Positions 59,488-64,000 of a stretch of 64,000 nucleotides of DNA are shown in pieces. This stretch comes from Formosimonas sp. (GTDB taxonomy: Bacteria > Pseudomonadota > Gammaproteobacteria > Burkholderiales > Burkholderiaceae), in NCBI GenBank assembly GCA_051650085.1, contig JBOFII010000021.1, positions 54,856-118,855 of the forward strand. Reading direction: 5' to 3'. The stretch's first letter is position 1. Each line of letters opens with the position of its first letter. The position numbers and the translations under genes are program-made. The notes under the pieces were generated by a model, which was not told the DNA's origin, did no database searches, and saw only the letters and a program-made list of their open reading frames with translations.

Positions 59488-60906
59488 TTATTTGTTTTTG
59501 GATGCGGTCAACGCGTAATAAAGCCCAGCCACGGCCAAACTGAAGAACCAACCAAAGCTGAAAATATCACCCCAAATCGGTGCAATACTGCCTTTTTCGA
59601 TAATCCCCGCCACTTCAAAATAACCGGGCATACACGGCGCAACCCCCAAAATCATGGCCACAATCGCGTGGATGTTCCAGCCATTGCTGTAACTGTATTG
59701 CCCTTGATGTTTGTATAAATCGTCCACCACCAAACGACCTTTGCGCACGATGTAGTAATCGACCAGCAAAATCCCCGCAATCGCGCCAAGCAAAGTGCCA
59801 TAACCACCCAACCACGAAAACAAATAACCGCCTGAGGTTGCCAATAATTTCCACGGCATAAACAATAAACCAATCACCGCTGCAATCAAACCGCCCATGC
59901 GAAAACTGATTTTATCGGGCGCAACTTGCGAAAAATCATACGATGGCGAGACCAAATTGGCCGCCACATTGGTGGTCAAGTTAGCCAATAAAATCACCAA
60001 CAAGCCCACGCTGGCGGCAAATGTACCCATTTGCGTCAACAAACCATCGGGGAACAATTGCGCTTTGCCGTACAAAATTTGTGAGGCCGAAAAACCGAGC
60101 ACACCGACCAACGAAAACAACGCCATTGGAATCGGTAAACCAATGGATTGACCCACCACTTGGTCTTTTTGCGACTTGGCAAAGCGCGTAAAGTCAGGAA
60201 TATTGAGCGCCAAAGTCGCCCAAAAACCGACCAAACCCGTCAACGCCGCCCAAGTTTTTGGCCCGCCCTCCACCACTTTAACGGGCAAGTCCAAAATTTG
60301 GCTCAAAGGGATTTTGACCAGCAAATACACCACCAAAGCCAGCGATGCAGCAATCATCAAAGGTGCAGCAATAACTTCGAGTTTGCGAATGGATTCGGGG
60401 CCTTTCCAAATGAAATACAAATGCACCAGCCAAAAGGCCAAAAAGCACATGAACTGTGATGTGCTGATGAACTCGCCTTGCGCAGGCGCGGCCAAACCAA
60501 AACCGAGCACATTGAAAAAACCGTGCAAAGCCAGTGCGCCAAAATAGCAGTTGATGCTGAACCAACCGCACGCCACTAAACCGCGCAGCACCGCAGGCAG
60601 TGTCGCGCCTTTGACGCCAAACGACGCTCGCGCCACCACAGGAAACGGAATGCCATACGTCGCGCCAATCCGCCCCATCAACACCATGGGCACCAAAACA
60701 ATCACGTTGGCCACCAACACCAACCACAAGGCCATAGACCACGAAAATCCTTGGTCAAGCATGCTGCTCGCCATGGTGTAGGTCGGCACACACACCACCA
60801 TGCCGACCCACAGCGCGGCAAAATCTTGCCAGCGCCATGTTCGATGCGATGGATGTGTGGGTAACAGATCTTCGTTGATTAAGTTGCTGTTGCTCTGGCT
60901 CATCAT
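59488..60906 (-). CDS. NCS1-family nucleobase/hydantoin:cation symporter
   Basis: 472 aa with 12 TM segments. The N-terminus NEDLLPT....R.W.....A.LW.GM is typical of NCS1. The stop abuts the dihydropyrimidinase ORF. Confidence 0.85.
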   Translation of the reverse strand: MMSQSNSNLINEDLLPTHPSHRTWRWQDFAALWVGMVVCVPTYTMASSMLDQGFSWSMALWLVLVANVIVLVPMVLMGRIGATYGIPFPVVARASFGVKGATLPAVLRGLVACGWFSINCYFGALALHGFFNVLGFGLAAPAQGEFISTSQFMCFLAFWLVHLYFIWKGPESIRKLEVIAAPLMIAASLALVVYLLVKIPLSQILDLPVKVVEGGPKTWAALTGLVGFWATLALNIPDFTRFAKSQKDQVVGQSIGLPIPMALFSLVGVLGFSASQILYGKAQLFPDGLLTQMGTFAASVGLLVILLANLTTNVAANLVSPSYDFSQVAPDKISFRMGGLIAAVIGLLFMPWKLLATSGGYLFSWLGGYGTLLGAIAGILLVDYYIVRKGRLVVDDLYKHQGQYSYSNGWNIHAIVAMILGVAPCMPGYFEVAGIIEKGSIAPIWGDIFSFGWFFSLAVAGLYYALTASKNK

Positions 60907-61114
60907 AGTCTCCTGTAAAATGATTGGTATTTTTTTTAATAACGAACTTTATACAACCATTGTTTTTTATCCACAATAAATAAAATTGGTGCAATGCAAT
61001 GGATTTACACCATTTGAAGCACCGCCGCATTAAAAAACCAATAAACACAAGGCATACAACAACAGTGCCAATTCAACAATCCTCTAAAGACCACTTCATC
61101 CGCCCTATTGACTA

Positions 61115-61141
61115 AAAAGCCGTCTAAAAGAACGGCTTTTT
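61115..61141. terminator. Rho-independent (symmetrical) terminator downstream of the adhesin gene
   Basis: An aaaagccgt-ctaaaaga-acggctttt hairpin flanked by A/T runs. Confidence 0.7.
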
Positions 61142-61153
61142 AAATACAACAGG

Positions 61154-63268
61154 CTAATCCCACACATAACCCACACCAACAGTGCCACTAAAATGCTTGC
61201 CCACATGAGACAAACTGCTCTTATAAACCCACTTACCATCAGGGGTTTGCCCAGAAACACCCATGGCAAATGCCGCATGCCCTCGATAAACACTGCCTGA
61301 AATCGCAAACATTTTTTTACCCACTTGCGCCGCGAGCGGCAATCCAGCCACAGCCAAAGCCATTGCGACCCCTTGATTGGCATAATCATTGGCCTGAGCC
61401 AATGCGCTGGCCGTGTAGCCACGCAATTGGCTGACATTCACCGCATCCGTATCCGCCGTGCCCGCAGCTACATGGCTGATTTGACGCTCACGCCCAGCCG
61501 AGCCTACTGAAATGGTATTTGCCCTATCGGCCACAGAGTTTGCCCCCAAGGCCACAGCATTGTCAGCTATCGCCCTACTGTTGGCACCCAAAGCCATTGA
61601 ATTCACACTCAATGCCGTAGCAGCATGGCCTAAAGCCACTGCATTGTCATGAGCAGCCAAAGCACTCGGCCCAATAGCAACAGCCTCATTCCCAGCAGCC
61701 ACCGCATCCGCCCCCTCTGAATTGGCCTTGAAATACTTCGTCGCACGGTATATCGCGGTTGAACTAGAAGTACTCAACGAAGCAACAGCACTGGCGACAT
61801 TAGAAAAACTCATAGAAGAAATAGTAGAGCTCAAAGACGCTGTCGCAGTATGTGCGCTGGCAATGCCTGTCGACGTTGAAGCACTTAACGATGAGGTCGC
61901 GCTATTGGCTACAACAATCCCCGTTGACGTTGACGTGCTCAATGATGACGTTACACTGTTGGCTGCGATAATCCCAGTCGACACCGATGTACTCAACGAT
62001 GATGTCGCGCTGTTGGCTACAACAATCCCCGTTGACGCCGATGTGCTCAACGATGACGTTGCACTGTTGGCTGCGATAATCCCAGTTGATGTTGATGTGC
62101 TCAACGATGAAGTCGCACTGTTCGCTGCGATAATCCCAGTTGATGTTGATGTGCTCAACGATGAAGTCGCACTGTTCGCTGTAACAATCCCAGTTGACGC
62201 CGATGTGCTCAATGATGAGGTCGCGCTATTCGCTACAACAACCGCTGTTGATGTTGATGTACTTAACGATGACGTTGCACTGTTCGCGGCAACAATCCCT
62301 GTCGACGCCGATGTACTCAATGATGAGGTCGCGCTATTCGCTACAACAACCGCTGTTGATGTTGATGTACTTAACGATGAAGTCGCACTGTTCGCTGTAA
62401 CAATCCCAGTTGACGCCGATGTACTCAATGATGACGTTGAACTGCTCGCTGCAATAATCCCTGTCGACGCCGATGTACTCAACGATGAGGTCGCGCTATT
62501 CGCTGCAAAAATCCCCGTTGACGTTGACGTGCTCAACGATGAAGTCGCACTGTTCGCTGCGATAATCCCAGTTGATGCTGATGTGCTCAATGATGAAGTC
62601 GCACTGTTCGCTGCGATAATCCCAGTTGATGCTGATGTGCTCAACGATGAAGTCGCACTATTCGCTGCAACAATCCCAGTTGACGCCGATGTACTTAATG
62701 ATGAAGTCGCACTGTTCGCTGCAACAATCCCAGTTGATGCTGATGTGCTCAATGATGAAGCCGCACTACTGACAGAAACAATGCCAGTTGAGGTTGATGT
62801 ACTCAATGATGACGTTGCACTGTTGGCTGAAACAATGCCCATTGACGTTGATGCACTCAACGATGCAACCGAACTATGTGTTGAAGCAATGGCCGTTGAG
62901 GCAGAGGTGCTCAACGATGCAACAGCACTTTCGACATTGGCGACAACAGCACCTCCTGTCGCTGCGACTTGATCCGCGCAGGCTTGTTGCTCTGCTGCAG
63001 TGGGGGTATTGCCAGCGCTCACTGGTTCTATTTGTAAATTGGCATTGCCATTACCAACAAAAGTATACACGCAAGAACCGAAAGTAATAGTTGCATCAGC
63101 ACGAGCATCTTTTTCTGCAATGAGGAAAATACTTAAAATTGGCCAAGCAACCAGCGAAACAGCAGAAGTTAATACATTTTTACATTTGCCTTGACTTGTA
63201 GAAATTTCCGAGACCGCCACCCAAGTATTCGTTTTTTGATTGAATACTGTTTTATATTTCGCATTCAT
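61154..63268 (-). CDS. Trimeric autotransporter adhesin (YadA-like anchor) with a highly repetitive Ser/Thr-rich passenger
   Basis: The ATG at 63268 lies 5 nt after AGGAGG. It has an extended signal peptide region (MNAKYKTVFNQKTNTWVAVSEIS), short YadA-like head repeats (NAVALG/NSMALG), a neck (ISHVAAGTADTDAVNVSQL) and a C-terminal YadA anchor (MALAVAGLP...GHAAFAMGVS...GVGYVWD). Confidence 0.9.
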   Translation of the reverse strand: MNAKYKTVFNQKTNTWVAVSEISTSQGKCKNVLTSAVSLVAWPILSIFLIAEKDARADATITFGSCVYTFVGNGNANLQIEPVSAGNTPTAAEQQACADQVAATGGAVVANVESAVASLSTSASTAIASTHSSVASLSASTSMGIVSANSATSSLSTSTSTGIVSVSSAASSLSTSASTGIVAANSATSSLSTSASTGIVAANSATSSLSTSASTGIIAANSATSSLSTSASTGIIAANSATSSLSTSTSTGIFAANSATSSLSTSASTGIIAASSSTSSLSTSASTGIVTANSATSSLSTSTSTAVVVANSATSSLSTSASTGIVAANSATSSLSTSTSTAVVVANSATSSLSTSASTGIVTANSATSSLSTSTSTGIIAANSATSSLSTSTSTGIIAANSATSSLSTSASTGIVVANSATSSLSTSVSTGIIAANSVTSSLSTSTSTGIVVANSATSSLSASTSTGIASAHTATASLSSTISSMSFSNVASAVASLSTSSSTAIYRATKYFKANSEGADAVAAGNEAVAIGPSALAAHDNAVALGHAATALSVNSMALGANSRAIADNAVALGANSVADRANTISVGSAGRERQISHVAAGTADTDAVNVSQLRGYTASALAQANDYANQGVAMALAVAGLPLAAQVGKKMFAISGSVYRGHAAFAMGVSGQTPDGKWVYKSSLSHVGKHFSGTVGVGYVWD
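61751..62932. repeat. Tandem 54-bp (18-codon) repeat array, about 22 units, inside the adhesin gene
   Basis: The protein-level unit is SATSSLSTS(A/T)STGI(V/I)(A/V)AN. A 108-bp two-unit block is duplicated almost exactly (for example 62216-62270 versus 62324-62378). Confidence 0.92.
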
Positions 63269-63494
63269 CACAACCTCCTAAGAAATTTGACTTTCAATAC
63301 GTATTAATACTTTTGGCAAATATACTATTTATTTATTTTTTTGCATATCAAAAATCAATTATGGGCGTATTTACAACACTTTTTTTGTGTGAACACTCAA
63401 GGTTGATGCAGCGAAAAAAGTGTCCATCTCACGCCCAACCCGCTCATAAAACGTTAAAATAACGCCTTTGTTCGATGTCACACGAAAGATATGT

Positions 63495-64000
63495 ATGGGT
63501 ACTCCCTCCAATCCGCTCAAAGTCCTGTCCTTATCTGAACGCGCCAGCCAATTATTACGCGAAATGAAATGGGCTTTATTCGCCATTTTGGGCATTGCGC
63601 TGTTGTTGATGCTCGTCAGCTACGATGCCAATGACTCATCGTTCAACCATGTCAGTAAACAAAACACTGTCACCAACAACTGGGTTGGCTCGATTGGCGC
63701 ATGGGTATCGGATGCGATGCTGTATGTCTTTGGTCTATCCGCTTACTGGTGGGTGGCCTTGTGCGCGGTGATTATTGTGGTTGGCTATCGACGATTTTTG
63801 CACTTGAGTTTGCTCTCACCGAACGAGCGAGCGCAAGTCGCCAGCAGCACACAAGGCTCACGCGATGCATTTTTGTTTCGCACAGGTTTTGTTGTTTTGC
63901 TGCTTTCCAGTACCGCACTTGAGATGCTACACATGAGTCACTGGCAATTGGAGTTGCCTTACAAAGCGGGCGGTATTTTGGGTCAGATGCTCGGCGGCGC
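63495..64000 (+). CDS. ftsK: DNA translocase FtsK, N-terminal membrane domain. The 3' end lies outside the window and the ORF is absent from the ORF track.
   Basis: The frame is open from 63450 to the window end. MGTPSNPLKVLSLSERASQLLREMKWALFAILGIALLLMLVSYDANDSSFNH...GSIGAWVSDAMLYVFGLSAYWW parallels the E. coli FtsK N-terminus (SF.PSDPSW...GG..GAWLAD.LF..FG..AY). An alternative TTG start lies at 63468. Confidence 0.82.
   Translation, partial: MGTPSNPLKVLSLSERASQLLREMKWALFAILGIALLLMLVSYDANDSSFNHVSKQNTVTNNWVGSIGAWVSDAMLYVFGLSAYWWVALCAVIIVVGYRRFLHLSLLSPNERAQVASSTQGSRDAFLFRTGFVVLLLSSTALEMLHMSHWQLELPYKAGGILGQMLGG

Noticed and set aside
61119-61128. A possible Neisseria DNA uptake sequence (gccgtctaaa versus the canonical GCCGTCTGAA)
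   Set aside because: It is a one-off near match inside a terminator stem. I found no exact canonical DUS and no clearly over-represented 10-12-mer DUS dialect in the window. Genome-wide k-mer counts would be needed.
61751-62932. Regularly spaced repeats that might be a CRISPR array
   Set aside because: The units are contiguous with no unique spacers. They lie in frame within a long ORF, show no palindromic repeat signature, and no cas genes are present.
61722-62972. A 416-aa ORF on the + strand with a striking IPVDADVLNDEVALFAAT repeat
   Set aside because: It is the antisense reading of the 54-bp tandem array inside the adhesin gene. The minus-strand frame has an ESPR signal, YadA head, neck and anchor, and a good RBS. 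The plus-strand ORF has none of these and exists only because the repeat lacks stop codons in that frame.
63371-63595. A 74-aa minus-strand ORF upstream of the adhesin gene
   Set aside because: It overlaps the 5' end of ftsK on the + strand, whose translation matches the FtsK N-terminal membrane domain. It has no RBS or recognisable motif.

Overview
This window looks like chromosomal DNA from a Neisseriaceae-like betaproteobacterium. That assignment is an inference from the dRS3-type ATTCCC-N8-GGGAAT repeats, the NIME-like mosaic elements and the gene content. I support about 60 protein genes, one tRNA(CAU), several rho-independent terminators and three families of small structured repeats.

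Most of the window is tightly packed housekeeping:
- prmC, rpoD, carA, tal
- nrdB-nrdA
- ribF-ileS-lspA
- coaBC-dut, selO, dnaQ
- zapE-lipoprotein-plsC-ygjP
- miaB-GT-phoH-amine oxidase-ybeY
- thyA ... folA
- tldD-cyaY, lptM-lysA
- a five-gene reductive pyrimidine-catabolism operon
- the 5' end of ftsK

Embedded in this are accessory islets that look AT-richer by eye:
1. 25.4-29.8 kb: a defence islet with a RhuM-Doc fusion, a Gabija-type OLD nuclease plus UvrD-like helicase pair, and a 57-codon remnant that looks like the 5' end of a type I hsdR.
2. 46.6-49.2 kb: a Slam (type XI secretion) outer-membrane translocon with an adjacent cargo. The cargo has a TbpB/hemophilin-like barrel and an ordinary signal peptide, with no lipobox.
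3. 61.2-63.3 kb: a trimeric autotransporter adhesin whose passenger is about 22 tandem copies of a 54-bp (18-residue) Ser/Thr-rich unit.

Other points worth a second look:
- a ribonucleotide reductase pair that looks strikingly eukaryote-like
- a Y1-transposase-like gene with a degenerate HUH motif
- a glycosyltransferase and a Tat-signal flavin amine oxidase translationally coupled inside the conserved miaB-phoH-ybeY operon
- a roughly 68-bp repeat that folds as three hairpins enclosed by a terminal inverted repeat

All calls come from reading the sequence and from remembered family motifs. No database search was run.
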